The notes: a model not told the origin generated them from the sequence alone. A DNA stretch of 64,000 bases from an uncultured Alteromonas sp. (GCA_963922845.1 CAWUJV010000013.1:2463-66462); one strand, 5' to 3'; shown: positions 27,934 through 38,548, counted from the stretch's first letter. Numbers and translations are program-made.

Positions 27934-28671
27934 TTAGATCCCTAAACGCGCTTCCAGCATCAATTTCCTCATGTCCGCTACAGCCGTATGTAATCCATCA
28001 AACGCTGCCCTCGCGATGATGGCATGGCCGATATTGAGCTCGATAAGTTGTTTAATGGCAGCAATGGGTTTTACGTTGTGGTAGTGAAGTCCGTGACCTG
28101 CGTTAACCTTGAGTCCCAAACTGTCAGCATATTCAATGCCGGCGATTAGGCGTGCCAATTCAGACTCCTGCTCTGCTTCAGTTTTCGCCTCGGCGTACTG
28201 TCCCGTGTGTATCTCAATGTAAGGCGCGTTAGCTGCAACTGCAGCGTCAATTTGTGTTTTATCTGCATCAATGAACAGCGAAACTTGTGTACCAACAGCG
28301 GCGAGTCTCTCACAAGCGCGTGTTATTACTGGCAAGTTTCCGGCGACATCTAAGCCCCCTTCAGTTGTCAGTTCCTCGCGCTTTTCCGGCACCAGGCAAC
28401 AAAAGGCAGGTTTCACCTCTTCTGCTATGCTAAGCATCTCTTCGGTCACCGCCATTTCTAGGTTCATTCTGGTATTGAGTGTTTGCGCGAGCAAATACAC
28501 GTCTCTGTCTTTTATGTGACGACGATCTTCACGCAAGTGAATTGTAATACCATCGGCTCCCGCTCGTTCTGCAATACTCGCGGCATGAACCGGGTCGGGA
28601 TAATCCGTTCCGCGAGCATTTCTCAAAGTAGCAATGTGGTCAATGTTAACGCCAAGCAAAATATCTTTCAT
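27934..28671 (-). CDS. pdxJ: Pyridoxine 5'-phosphate synthase
   Basis: [16 protein letters not shown]...[12 protein letters not shown], 245 aa. Confidence 0.95.
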   Translation of the reverse strand: MKDILLGVNIDHIATLRNARGTDYPDPVHAASIAERAGADGITIHLREDRRHIKDRDVYLLAQTLNTRMNLEMAVTEEMLSIAEEVKPAFCCLVPEKREELTTEGGLDVAGNLPVITRACERLAAVGTQVSLFIDADKTQIDAAVAANAPYIEIHTGQYAEAKTEAEQESELARLIAGIEYADSLGLKVNAGHGLHYHNVKPIAAIKQLIELNIGHAIIARAAFDGLHTAVADMRKLMLEARLGI

Positions 28672-29087
28672 AACAGCTATATCTAAACCTTTGAATACAG
28701 TGATTGTAACAAATCCACCCGCACTAAAGGAGTGAATTCATAGAAAACCCAAGTTATACCCATCCGCACAGATAAACGATCGACCCAAAAAGCGCCTCGG
28801 TCTGTAGATAAACGCAAAGCGTTGCCGTAATGCTAAGTGCTACGCCCCCATCAACTCCGCAAAGGTCAAGGCTTATACCCGCTCATTTGAGGCATGGCCG
28901 TCGAACTTACTAAGGGTGTAACTTTCATTACATTTAGTACCACTAAAGCAAAGTGGAAGTGCCTTGCCATTTAGCTCGAAGACTCACGCTGGGGTTTCTT
29001 TATCTGTGCGCATGGCGTTTATTACGATATAGCTCAATAAGATGATCTACCAACAACACAAAAACCCATTTGCCGCTATGCGTTGGT

Positions 29088-29786
29088 TTAAGGACGAGAA
29101 GCGAGAAAAAGTTCTCTACTTTTTAGCGGTTTGTCACCCAACAAAGGGGCTAACAGTTGGCGACAAAGACGCTTTGCCAAGCGCGTTACGTCGTCGTTCC
29201 ATTGGTCATTAACGAGTTGCAACAAGTGTTGACCGAGGATGGCGCCTGTGGTGGCGCGTGCGACCGGAATCAAACCAGAATCCCCGGCCAATTGATACCA
29301 TAGATCCGGGTCGACAATATCACCTGTATGACTGTCAGACGTGAGATCAGGCATGACACCCAGTTCTTCCAACAGCGAAAACTCGAAACGACGCAATGCC
29401 AGTTCGATATTCACCTCGTTTTGCAGTGCCATTAACGTAGAGACATAGACATCATATAATCCCTCTGCGGGAATATGCTGAGGTAACACACGGGTCAGTA
29501 ACTCGTTGACGTACATGGCGCAAAATAAGTTTTGACCGGTCAGTTGATAGGCGTTTTCGGACGCTTCGATATGACGTAGATTTTTTAATTCGCCTTTTCC
29601 GAACAACTGCACCCGCAGTTTTTGTAATGGTTGCAACAAACTCCGTCGGTCAGACTTTTTCCCTCTTGCTCCCTTAGCAATAATCCGAATCGAGCCTAGT
29701 TCTTGACAAAAAAGATCAACTAAATAACTCGTTTCGCGATACGGGCGACGATGAACGACAAAACACTCGTACCATTTTGTATCCAT
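29088..29786 (-). CDS. recO: DNA repair protein RecO
   Basis: N-terminal OB-fold region WYECFVVHRRPYRETSYLVDLF...IIAKGARGKKS resembles E. coli RecO. Confidence 0.9.
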   Translation of the reverse strand: MDTKWYECFVVHRRPYRETSYLVDLFCQELGSIRIIAKGARGKKSDRRSLLQPLQKLRVQLFGKGELKNLRHIEASENAYQLTGQNLFCAMYVNELLTRVLPQHIPAEGLYDVYVSTLMALQNEVNIELALRRFEFSLLEELGVMPDLTSDSHTGDIVDPDLWYQLAGDSGLIPVARATTGAILGQHLLQLVNDQWNDDVTRLAKRLCRQLLAPLLGDKPLKSRELFLASRP

Positions 29787-29788
29787 CT

Positions 29789-30064
29789 TTAGGCCTGTTT
29801 TATCCTAACCACTTTCATGGTTTCAAACTCGATACCCGCGACCTCTTCAACATGACGATAGTACGTAAGATTCACCCGAGCCCCAGTCAGCGAGCGATAA
29901 TGTTGTTTTCGTTTAAACACGAATGGCACATCATAGCCATCTAACATGATCGTTTGCCTCACCCAGTCACCCTCATCCCGTTGCACGTGGGAAACCACTT
30001 TTTGTGCGTCGAGATGATTGAGCTCGGCGTGTTTCTCTAGTAAGTGTTTACTATCGCTTTTCAT
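29789..30064 (-). CDS. Hypothetical 91-aa protein, tightly coupled between recJ and recO
   Basis: Its ATG lies 14 nt inside the recJ 3' end and its stop lies 2 nt before the recO ATG. The ORF exactly fills the interval. I recognise no family. Confidence 0.65.
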   Translation of the reverse strand: MKSDSKHLLEKHAELNHLDAQKVVSHVQRDEGDWVRQTIMLDGYDVPFVFKRKQHYRSLTGARVNLTYYRHVEEVAGIEFETMKVVRIKQA

Positions 30065-31787
30065 TCTTTTCTATATGACTTACGAGTAACTGTACTGATT
30101 CTTGTCCACGGAACACATTAACGTCCAATTGATAAACAGCACGTATGGTTTTGACACTATTATCAGGCCACTGGGCCAAATCGATGTTAAACATAATGCC
30201 ATCTATTTCTTCATTGTCACTTGACCGTAAAACCAGTTTCAAGTGGTTCTGGCCAACAATGCGTTGAGTAACAATAGTAAAGTCGCCATCAAACTGCGGC
30301 GGTTCAAAGCCCTGACCAAATGGACCAGCTGTGCGTAACAGCTTTGCCGTAGATAAGGACAATTCGTCACGGCATAGCTCTCCATCGGTATAAATAACAC
30401 TGTGCTCACCCAAGCGTGCTAGATGAGTTTTCGCGATGTGCTCAAAGGCCTGCTGAAACCGCGTTAAATTTACCTCCGACAGTGTAAGCCCTGCTGCCAT
30501 TGCATGCCCCCCAAACTTCTTAATAACACCGGGGTGCTGCGTATTGATTTCCTCTAATACATCGCGAATGTGAATACCTTCAATCGACCTCGCCGACCCT
30601 TTAAGGTCGCCGTTGTCATCTTTGGCGAACGCAATAGTGGGGCGGTGATACTGCTCTTTGATGCGTCCAGCGACAATACCAATGACACCTTGGTGGAAAT
30701 CTTCTCGATATACCACTAAGCCACTGGGTGTGTGTGTGTTCTCAAACACCAAGTTTTCAACAATTTGCTGTGCTTGAGCCTTCATGTCTGCTTCGATGGC
30801 TTTACGCTGATGGTTGAGACTATCAAGCTCAGTCGCAATTTCCCGTGCAACATTGGGAGAATCGGTAATCAAGCATTCAATGCCCATTGACATATCTTCT
30901 AATCGACCAGCCGCGTTCAGTCTCGGCCCGATGACGAAACCAAGGTCCGTTGAGGTAAGTCTGTGTCCCTCGCGATTAGCCACTTCAAGCAGGGCTAAAA
31001 TTCCTGGTCGGCATTTACCACTGCGAATACGCTGAAGACCCTGATGAACCAAAATTCGATTATTTTTATCCAAGGGCACGACATCAGCAACCGTTCCAAT
31101 CGCGACAATATCGAGTAAAGATGCAAGATTGGGTGGCGCAATGCGTTGCTGTTCAAACCACCCCAAAGTTTGCAAATGGGCACGACAGGCTAACATGATG
31201 TAAAACGCAACCCCTACGCCAGCGAGATTTTTGGACGGAAACGAACAATCCGGCTGGTTTGGATTAACAATAGCGTCGGCATCTGGCAACGTATCCGCAG
31301 GTAAATGGTGATCGGTAATGATCACTTTGATGCCAAGTGCTTTGGCCCGGTTTACACCATCAAAACAAGCGATGCCATTGTCTACCGTCATAATAACCTT
31401 GGCGCCTTTCTCATGGGCCAGTTCGACGATACCTGGGCTCAAGCCATAACCAAAATCAAAGCGATTGGGCACCAGATAATCGAGGTGTTTCATACCCATT
31501 TGCGATAGTGCAAGTAGGCTCAACGCTGTACTTGTTGCGCCATCGGCATCAAAGTCACCGACTATCATCACTAATTCATCGGCGCGCATGGCATTGGCTA
31601 GCACCTCTACAGCGTGATCGATACCGTGTAATTGGTTGTAATGACACAGCCCATTGGCTGTGGTTTCAAGTTCGTCAACATTGGTGATTTTTCGACCGCG
31701 ATATATGCGGTCTAAAATGGCGGGAAGTGACGTATCGAGAGAGTCAGACGAAAGCGGCCGACGTTGGATTGAGAACACCAAAAACAC
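30051..31787 (-). CDS. recJ: Single-stranded-DNA-specific exonuclease RecJ
   Basis: DHH motifs (GDFDADGATS, TVDNG, ITDHH) and a DHHA1 region (GGHAMAAG), 578 aa. Confidence 0.95.
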   Translation of the reverse strand: MFLVFSIQRRPLSSDSLDTSLPAILDRIYRGRKITNVDELETTANGLCHYNQLHGIDHAVEVLANAMRADELVMIVGDFDADGATSTALSLLALSQMGMKHLDYLVPNRFDFGYGLSPGIVELAHEKGAKVIMTVDNGIACFDGVNRAKALGIKVIITDHHLPADTLPDADAIVNPNQPDCSFPSKNLAGVGVAFYIMLACRAHLQTLGWFEQQRIAPPNLASLLDIVAIGTVADVVPLDKNNRILVHQGLQRIRSGKCRPGILALLEVANREGHRLTSTDLGFVIGPRLNAAGRLEDMSMGIECLITDSPNVAREIATELDSLNHQRKAIEADMKAQAQQIVENLVFENTHTPSGLVVYREDFHQGVIGIVAGRIKEQYHRPTIAFAKDDNGDLKGSARSIEGIHIRDVLEEINTQHPGVIKKFGGHAMAAGLTLSEVNLTRFQQAFEHIAKTHLARLGEHSVIYTDGELCRDELSLSTAKLLRTAGPFGQGFEPPQFDGDFTIVTQRIVGQNHLKLVLRSSDNEEIDGIMFNIDLAQWPDNSVKTIRAVYQLDVNVFRGQESVQLLVSHIEKNEKR

Positions 31788-31842
31788 CTAGCAAGAAATC
31801 AAACATTGGTGACTAGTGTAACGGAAAACAATCAGGAAAGAA

Positions 31843-31864
31843 GCCCTGAGCAGAAGCTCAGGGC
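31843..31864 (-). terminator. Stem-loop between dsbC and recJ (terminator or attenuator)
   Basis: GCCCTGAGC-AGAA-GCTCAGGGC, followed on the minus strand by a T-rich tract TTCTTTCC. Confidence 0.55.
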
Positions 31865-31896
31865 ACGTAGTCGTATAATGGATGGAGCAGCGTCGC

Positions 31897-32667
31897 TTAA
31901 ATGCCTAAAGCTTGTGCAATAGCCGAAGCAGGTTGGTAACCCGGCACCATAGAGCCGTCTGGTAAAACGATATTTGGCGTTCCACTCACACCGACTTGTT
32001 GGCCAAATTGATACTGAGCCGCGACCTGATTGTCACATTGTTGGGATAACACAGAGCTACCTGCTTTAGCATTGGTCAATGCCGCTTCCGGATCTTTGGC
32101 ACACCAAACTGACACCATGTCATTGTAGTTCTTGCTGTTTAGACCCTGACGCGGAAAAGCCAAATAACGAACAGTTATCCCCATATCATTGAATTCGCCA
32201 ATTTCGTTGTGCAGCTTTCGGCAATAGCCACAGGTAATGTCAGTAAAAACGGTAATGACACTTTTTTCGTTTTTCGCCTTAAATTCAATAGCTGAATCCT
32301 GAAACGATTTAATGCCGTCTAAACGCAAGCTGCTCAGGGCTGCTTCGGTCTCGTTCTTCATGCCTTCATTAAGGTTGAACACGCGCGCTTGTAGCAGGAA
32401 ATTGCCATCTTCACTGACATAGAAGAGCCCGCGGTTTGTGTTAACTTGTAATAAGCCGGTGACAGGTGCATCACCAATTGACAGCACATCAAGTCCAATC
32501 GTTGTAGACAATTTCGACTTTAGGGCATCGTGAGCATCAGTATCAGACTGAGCGATCGTTGCCGTCGAGGCAAATAACATAGCAACGGACGTAATTAGAA
32601 GACGTTTTAACACTACTGAACTCCAAAAAATCTTAGGTGTTTGTTGGGTTTGAGTAACCCGCATCAT
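31897..32667 (-). CDS. dsbC: Thiol:disulfide interchange protein DsbC
   Basis: Signal peptide, CGYC active site and xerD-dsbC-recJ synteny. The true start is probably downstream of the ORF-track Met. Confidence 0.85.
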   Translation of the reverse strand: MMRVTQTQQTPKIFWSSVVLKRLLITSVAMLFASTATIAQSDTDAHDALKSKLSTTIGLDVLSIGDAPVTGLLQVNTNRGLFYVSEDGNFLLQARVFNLNEGMKNETEAALSSLRLDGIKSFQDSAIEFKAKNEKSVITVFTDITCGYCRKLHNEIGEFNDMGITVRYLAFPRQGLNSKNYNDMVSVWCAKDPEAALTNAKAGSSVLSQQCDNQVAAQYQFGQQVGVSGTPNIVLPDGSMVPGYQPASAIAQALGI

Positions 32668-32803
32668 TTTGTCACCGAGTATAACAATATATAAGAACGG
32701 AAAGCCGCAATTTAAATTCGATTCAAAGCAAAATTTCGTTATCTGAACGATTGTTCATGAATTTCGAACGCAATGTAGGCCAACCGTTGTCATCTGCCCG
32801 GTT

Positions 32804-33715
32804 TTATCCTCTAGGATGATGGGCAGTAATGACTTTTTGCAACCTTTCTTTTGCAACATGGGTATAAATTTGTGTTGTTGACAGGTCGCTGTGACCCATC
32901 AACATCTGTACCACTCGCAAGTCTGCGCCATGATTTAATAAATGCGTTGCGAAAGCATGGCGTAGCGTATGCGGAGATAGGTGTTGGTCTATTCCCGCCC
33001 GAGTGGCGTAGGCCTTAATTCGATGCCAAAACGTTTGTCTTGTCATTTGTGCACCTCGCAAACTCAAAAACAAGGTATCAGTGGGGTGCTTGAGCAATTG
33101 TGGACGCGCCGCTTTGCAATAGTGCACGACCCAATCGACGGCATCTTCCCCCAACGGCACTAAGCGTTCTTTGTCTCCTTTTCCGGTGATTCTCACTACG
33201 CCCTGTTGAGTGCTGAGTTGGTCCATACGCAAGCTGACCAACTCGGTTACCCGTAACCCAGTGGCATACAACACTTCTAGCATGCACCGATCGCGACACT
33301 CTACAGGATCGTCGGTATCTGGGGCGGCGAGCAAATCATCCACCTGTTGTTCACTCAAAGAGGCAGGTAAGGCTTTAGTTGCTTTCGGCGAGGCTAAATT
33401 CGTAACCGGATTGTCATGCCGCAATTGTTGATTGAGTAAATACAAGAAAAAAGCGCGCATAGCACTCATCAAGCGCTGCGTGCTGCGTGCCGAAAAGTTC
33501 GCCTGCTGCCGGTAAGCAAGATAATCTTGAATATCCTCAGTCAACACGTCACACAACGATGGGTGTTGTTGTTGGCTGAACAACGCCAATTTAGTCAAAT
33601 CCGTACGATAGCTTTGTTGCGTGTGTTCACTTAACCCTTTTTCAAGCCACAACATATCGATAAAACTATCGATTAGCTGCGTGTTGTCTGTACTTAGTGT
33701 GTCGGCCGCAGCCAT
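32804..33715 (-). CDS. xerD: Site-specific tyrosine recombinase XerD
   Basis: Catalytic R..HxxR..Y pattern (LRHAFATHLL...GHSDLSTTQIYTHV) and synteny with dsbC and recJ. Confidence 0.9.
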   Translation of the reverse strand: MAAADTLSTDNTQLIDSFIDMLWLEKGLSEHTQQSYRTDLTKLALFSQQQHPSLCDVLTEDIQDYLAYRQQANFSARSTQRLMSAMRAFFLYLLNQQLRHDNPVTNLASPKATKALPASLSEQQVDDLLAAPDTDDPVECRDRCMLEVLYATGLRVTELVSLRMDQLSTQQGVVRITGKGDKERLVPLGEDAVDWVVHYCKAARPQLLKHPTDTLFLSLRGAQMTRQTFWHRIKAYATRAGIDQHLSPHTLRHAFATHLLNHGADLRVVQMLMGHSDLSTTQIYTHVAKERLQKVITAHHPRG

Positions 33716-33716
33716 G

Positions 33717-34559
33717 TCACAGCCCTCTTTGCTGCTTCACTAGCTCGTATGCCGCTTGTATGTCTTGCGCTTTTGACTTGGCGATGTCGAGCGCTTGTTT
33801 GGGCAAACCTTTGGAGATCAGTTTGTCAGGATGGTGTTCAGACATTCGTTTGCGATAGGCTCGCTTTATCGCCTTATCATCGTCAGAGGGATTGACACCT
33901 AGAATTCGATAAGCGTCAGCAAGAGATTGTTCTTGGCTATATGACGATTGCTGTTGAGACTTTCCTTGCTGACGTTGATGACGACGCTGCCGAAAACGCA
34001 ATTCTGCCTCGAAAGCACCGATGAGAAATGCCAAGTGTTTTCGGTTGAACCCGAGTGCTTTCGCAACCCGCTCTAGTACTCGGTGTTCCTGACTGGACAA
34101 TTGCCCATCAGCGAAAGACGCCTGAATTAAAATCTCGAGAAACACTTGCAGTATATCTTTTCGACCGTGACACGCGTCTTTCAAACTGCGTAGGGTTTCC
34201 TCGATGGGATAGTCCGCCTCTTTGCCCTCACGAAATGCCTGTTGCGCTTCTTGCCGAGCCTCTCCAGTAAGCTGCATGTCATCCATCAATGCGGTGGCCA
34301 CTTGAATTTCTTCCCTCGTAACCTTGCCGTCCGACTTTGCAAGATGACCCAGCGCCGCAAACAAGCTATGAAAAAAGACGGCCTGTTGCTTCATATTATC
34401 CGGATCGCTAAAGAATCGTCCAAACCCACCCATTTGGGAGAAGTCTTGGGAATAACCTTTATCAAATAAATGCCCCACAAAGAGTCCGAGTAACGCACCG
34501 GGTATCTTGCCAAACATAAAACCGAACAAAAAACCCAGAACTTTTCCCCAAATGGGCAT
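33717..34559 (-). CDS. djlA: Co-chaperone DjlA
   Basis: N-terminal TM segment, TerB-like middle region and a C-terminal J domain (AYRILGV...HHPDK). It is divergent from lptD as in E. coli. Confidence 0.9.
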   Translation of the reverse strand: MPIWGKVLGFLFGFMFGKIPGALLGLFVGHLFDKGYSQDFSQMGGFGRFFSDPDNMKQQAVFFHSLFAALGHLAKSDGKVTREEIQVATALMDDMQLTGEARQEAQQAFREGKEADYPIEETLRSLKDACHGRKDILQVFLEILIQASFADGQLSSQEHRVLERVAKALGFNRKHLAFLIGAFEAELRFRQRRHQRQQGKSQQQSSYSQEQSLADAYRILGVNPSDDDKAIKRAYRKRMSEHHPDKLISKGLPKQALDIAKSKAQDIQAAYELVKQQRGL

Positions 34560-34966
34560 AGTGCTAATCCTCGTGCTATAAATTTACGAACAACAGTGCT
34601 CGCTAAATGAACTTAATGGCGCCAAACGCATCCATACTTTATCGATTGTTGAATGACTTACCACTTTACCGTGCTAAAACGGAAAATAAAGGGACCAATC
34701 GGCAGAAAAATCGCGCTTTATGCGTCTTAACGCTTGGTAAAAAGCAAATAAGTGCTTAGAATTGTCGGCTCGCTCACCTTTAGGGACTATAAATGGGGTG
34801 AGTTTGTTCCTTTGCAACGGTAAAAATAAAATGGATGAGAACCATGCGAGCAAGGAACATCGCAAATAATTTAGCTCGAACAATCAGTGCGTTTTTGCCA
34901 ACGACTCAGATGGTTATTCGAGATACTCGCAAGCACACGAAAATAGTACGGGCCAAACACTCTAGC

Positions 34967-37204
34967 ATGAAAAAAAGCTGCGCAACCATCGCTGTATTAG
35001 CTGTTAGCTTTCAAAGCGCGAATGCCCAAGAAGCCACGTCAGCCGTTCCACCTCTACAATTGGAATTATGTTCAGTCCCGCCTACCCAATTTAAAAGCGA
35101 CGGTTTGATGCCACCCGACAATGTCAAGGTGCAGGCCAACGAAGCTCGAATTACGCAAAACAAGGTCGCAACCTTTACCGGGAATGTCGATATCACTAGC
35201 GATGCGGCGAGAATACAAGCACAACGTGCAGAGGTGAAGAACGACGGTAAAGACGTTAAAGCTGAAGGTAGCGTGTCTTACCAAGACCAAAACATGCTAG
35301 TAAACAGCGATTCTGTTGTCCTTGATTCGGAATCAGAGTCGTTCGTCATGGACAACACTCAGTATCAATTGACCGGATTCGTTGGCCACGGCGCAGCAGA
35401 TAATATCGAAGTCTCTAAATCCGATGGAATCGTGCTCAATGACGTAAGCTTTACCACCTGCCCGATGGGCCAAGAAGACTGGCAGCTCAGAGCAAGCGAG
35501 ATCAGTATCGACAATGATGCGCGTTTAGGTGAAGCGAAAAATACGCGATTTTATGTCGGCGGTGTGCCGGTATTCTATTTGCCTTACTTTGCTTTTCCTG
35601 TCAGTAACGAGCGTCAAAGCGGCCTGCTCTTTCCAAAAATCAGTAGTTCATCGCCAACGGGCCTTGATTACGAGCAACCTTACTACTGGAATATTGCACC
35701 AAACTACGACATGACCATTGCCCCTAGGCTCATGAGTAATCGCGGCACCCAACTGAAGACCGAGTTCCGTTATTTAACTGAATCGCAATATGGGCAGTTT
35801 AATATTGAGTATCTGCCAAGCGACGATGAACTCAGTCAAGACAGTACGCGTTATTTCTATCGTTGGTACCACAAAGGCAACCTCAATGACAATTGGCAGA
35901 TCAGTGCGGATGTCAATGGCCTGAGTGATGACAACTACATCGTTGATTTAGGGTCGGATTTTTATAACAGAGCGGATACTCACCTGTTCAGAACGTTTGG
36001 CTTGAACTACTACTCTCAAGACTTGGATTTCAGTGTATTTTTCCGCGATTTCGAAATTATAGGTGACCATCCAGATACCTATCGCGCACTGCCCGAAGCC
36101 CAATTAACTTGGACGCAGGATCTAACCAACTTTGCTCAGTTCCGTATCGATTCAGAATTGGCCTATTTTGATAACGAAGCCAATGATCGTCCAACGGCAC
36201 TGCGTTTTCACGTGGCCCCTACCCTCACAGTGCCTTATATCAGGCCTTGGGGCGAGGTTACTGCGGAAGCAACCCTGTACAATACATATTACCGCCAAGA
36301 CAATGTCGAAGGTACGACACTAGAAGAAGAGGTTAACCGCACCATCGCTCAAGGTCGAATATTTGGTAATTTGCGATTTGAGCGAGATTATCAGTGGCTG
36401 GGGCAAGATGCGACTATGACGCTAGAGCCGACCGCGCAATACTTATATACCTCATTTGAAGACCAATCGAACATCGGTTTGTATGATGCAACGGCGCTAC
36501 TAATCGACTACGATGGCTTGTTCCGTGGCCGTGAATTTACTGGTCTCGACCGATTTAGCGATAACAACCAGATAACCCTTGGTGTCACGTCTCGCATTAT
36601 TGATGCAAATAACCGGGAACAATTGGTCGCTAGCATAGGTCAGATATTCTATCTCGAAGACAGTAAAATCTTCCAAGATACCCGAACCGACGACCGTTCA
36701 GCGCTTGCCGCTGAACTGGACTGGCGAATATCAGATACCTGGTTTGTCCACACTGATATCCAGATTACGACAGAAACAGACAAAGTTGAGCGAAGCAGTT
36801 TTGCATTGGAATACCGCCAAGACGAAAGCCGTTTGGTTCAATTCAGTCATCGGTTCGTAAGAAACCTATCTGGTGAGACGATTGACCAGCTTGGTATATC
36901 CGCCAGCTGGCCTATTGCAAAAAATTGGCAATGGGTGGGTCGCAATTTCCGTGACCTCGAAAGAGATCGCAGTATCGAAACGTACTTTGGGTTACAATAC
37001 GATTCATGTTGTTGGGCCGTGCGCTTCATTGCTCAACGTAACCTGACAAATCGCTTCGACGCAACGGGATTACAAAGCGTAAACGAATATGATTCAGGCG
37101 TGTCTCTGCAATTTATATTCAAGGGCATCAGTAGCAGCAACTCTCAACGTTCAATGCTACGCGATGGCATGTTTGGCTATCGCCGCCCCTATGTATTAAA
37201 TTAA
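34967..37204 (+). CDS. lptD: LPS-assembly outer-membrane protein LptD
   Basis: Signal peptide MKKSCATIAVLAVSFQSANAQ (internal Met chosen) and OstA/LptD regions, upstream of surA-pdxA-rsmA-apaGH. Confidence 0.9.
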   Translation: MKKSCATIAVLAVSFQSANAQEATSAVPPLQLELCSVPPTQFKSDGLMPPDNVKVQANEARITQNKVATFTGNVDITSDAARIQAQRAEVKNDGKDVKAEGSVSYQDQNMLVNSDSVVLDSESESFVMDNTQYQLTGFVGHGAADNIEVSKSDGIVLNDVSFTTCPMGQEDWQLRASEISIDNDARLGEAKNTRFYVGGVPVFYLPYFAFPVSNERQSGLLFPKISSSSPTGLDYEQPYYWNIAPNYDMTIAPRLMSNRGTQLKTEFRYLTESQYGQFNIEYLPSDDELSQDSTRYFYRWYHKGNLNDNWQISADVNGLSDDNYIVDLGSDFYNRADTHLFRTFGLNYYSQDLDFSVFFRDFEIIGDHPDTYRALPEAQLTWTQDLTNFAQFRIDSELAYFDNEANDRPTALRFHVAPTLTVPYIRPWGEVTAEATLYNTYYRQDNVEGTTLEEEVNRTIAQGRIFGNLRFERDYQWLGQDATMTLEPTAQYLYTSFEDQSNIGLYDATALLIDYDGLFRGREFTGLDRFSDNNQITLGVTSRIIDANNREQLVASIGQIFYLEDSKIFQDTRTDDRSALAAELDWRISDTWFVHTDIQITTETDKVERSSFALEYRQDESRLVQFSHRFVRNLSGETIDQLGISASWPIAKNWQWVGRNFRDLERDRSIETYFGLQYDSCCWAVRFIAQRNLTNRFDATGLQSVNEYDSGVSLQFIFKGISSSNSQRSMLRDGMFGYRRPYVLN

Positions 37205-37246
37205 GCGGTTCAAAACCGCAACTATAACGAAAACGAAAGAGTGTTT

Positions 37247-38539
37247 ATGAAGTACTTAATCCGTGGTCTCGTGCTCAGTATTGCTATGCTGGCCAATGCA
37301 AACGCCCAACAAACCATGTTGGACAGCGTTGCTGTTATTGTTGATTCAGGCGTTGTGCTTGAAAGTGAAGTACAGAAATTGGTAGATGAAGTTAAGCGTA
37401 ATGCGTTGGCAAATAACCAGTCTCTGCCATCCGATCGCGCGCTCAGAACACAAGCCGTCGAGCGACTGATCATGAAAAGCCTACAGATGCAGCGCGCAGA
37501 GCGTATGGGTATTCAAATCAGTGACCCTCAGCTTGATCAAACCATTGTAAATATTGCACAAAACCAAGGTGCAACGCTTGATATGCTGCGTGCGCAGATA
37601 GCCCAAGAAGGCATTGCATACGAAGACTATCGCGAAACCGTAAGAGAAGAACTCATTATCGGTGAAGTACGCCGCGCTAACGTGAGACGCCGTATCTATA
37701 TTACCGACCAAGAAATTGACTCGCTAATGAGCCTTATCGATCAGCAAGGTGCAGAGCAGGCGGAATATCGTCTCGGTCATATCCTAATTGCTTTCCCGCC
37801 AGATCCGACAGACCAAGATATCGAAGACGCGAGAGAGCGAGCGGGTAAAGTCATCAATTTGCTTGAAGGCGGTTCGGACTTTGCCAAGATTGCCATTGCT
37901 TCATCGTCTGGCTCAGAAGCTTTAGAGGGCGGTGATATGGGCTGGATGAACATCAATGCTATGCCTACATTGTTTGCAGAAGCCGTACAGAACAAAGGTA
38001 AAGAAGAGCTGATTGGTCCAATTCGCAGTGGTGCTGGTTTGCATATTTTGAAAGTACTCGACACCCGAGGGATTGAAATTGTCACGGTTGAGGAAGTCAA
38101 CGCACGTCATATACTGATTCAACCTTCTATCATTCTGAGTGAAGACAAAGCGCAGTCGATGCTGACGGAATTTCGTGAGCAGTTAATTGCCGGTGACGCT
38201 GATTTTGCAGACCTCGCGAAAGAACATTCTGCGGATCCAGGGTCTGCACTACGCGGCGGTGAACTAGGTTGGGCAGACCCCAATATGTATGTACCAGCAT
38301 TTAAAGATGCCCTTGCCGAACTTCAACCTGATGAATTCAGCGGCCCAGTGCGTTCCGTTCACGGTTGGCACCTAATCCAACTGATCGACAGACGAATTGA
38401 CGATGCCACTGAAAAACGTAAAAAAGACAAGGCATACCAACTGCTATTCAATCGTAAATTCAGTGAAGAAACGGAAACTTGGATGCGTGAAATGCGTGAC
38501 CAAGCCCACATCGATGTACTCAACGATGGGAACTCGTAA
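37247..38539 (+). CDS. surA: Periplasmic chaperone / peptidyl-prolyl isomerase SurA
   Basis: Signal peptide plus two parvulin domains (HILI...GGDMGW; HILIQ...GGELGW). The ATG at 37247 is favoured over the GTG at 37241. Confidence 0.9.
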   Translation: MKYLIRGLVLSIAMLANANAQQTMLDSVAVIVDSGVVLESEVQKLVDEVKRNALANNQSLPSDRALRTQAVERLIMKSLQMQRAERMGIQISDPQLDQTIVNIAQNQGATLDMLRAQIAQEGIAYEDYRETVREELIIGEVRRANVRRRIYITDQEIDSLMSLIDQQGAEQAEYRLGHILIAFPPDPTDQDIEDARERAGKVINLLEGGSDFAKIAIASSSGSEALEGGDMGWMNINAMPTLFAEAVQNKGKEELIGPIRSGAGLHILKVLDTRGIEIVTVEEVNARHILIQPSIILSEDKAQSMLTEFREQLIAGDADFADLAKEHSADPGSALRGGELGWADPNMYVPAFKDALAELQPDEFSGPVRSVHGWHLIQLIDRRIDDATEKRKKDKAYQLLFNRKFSEETETWMREMRDQAHIDVLNDGNS

Positions 38540-38548
38540 GGCGAATCT

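Noticed and set aside
28966-28980. A 15-mer GCCATTTAGCTCGAA that recurs as GCCATCTAGCTCGAA at 52246-52260, in the two largest intergenic regions
   Set aside because: The surrounding sequences share only scattered short matches (GATCGAC, CTCATTGAG) in non-colinear order. This is not enough to call a repeat family without a genome-wide search.
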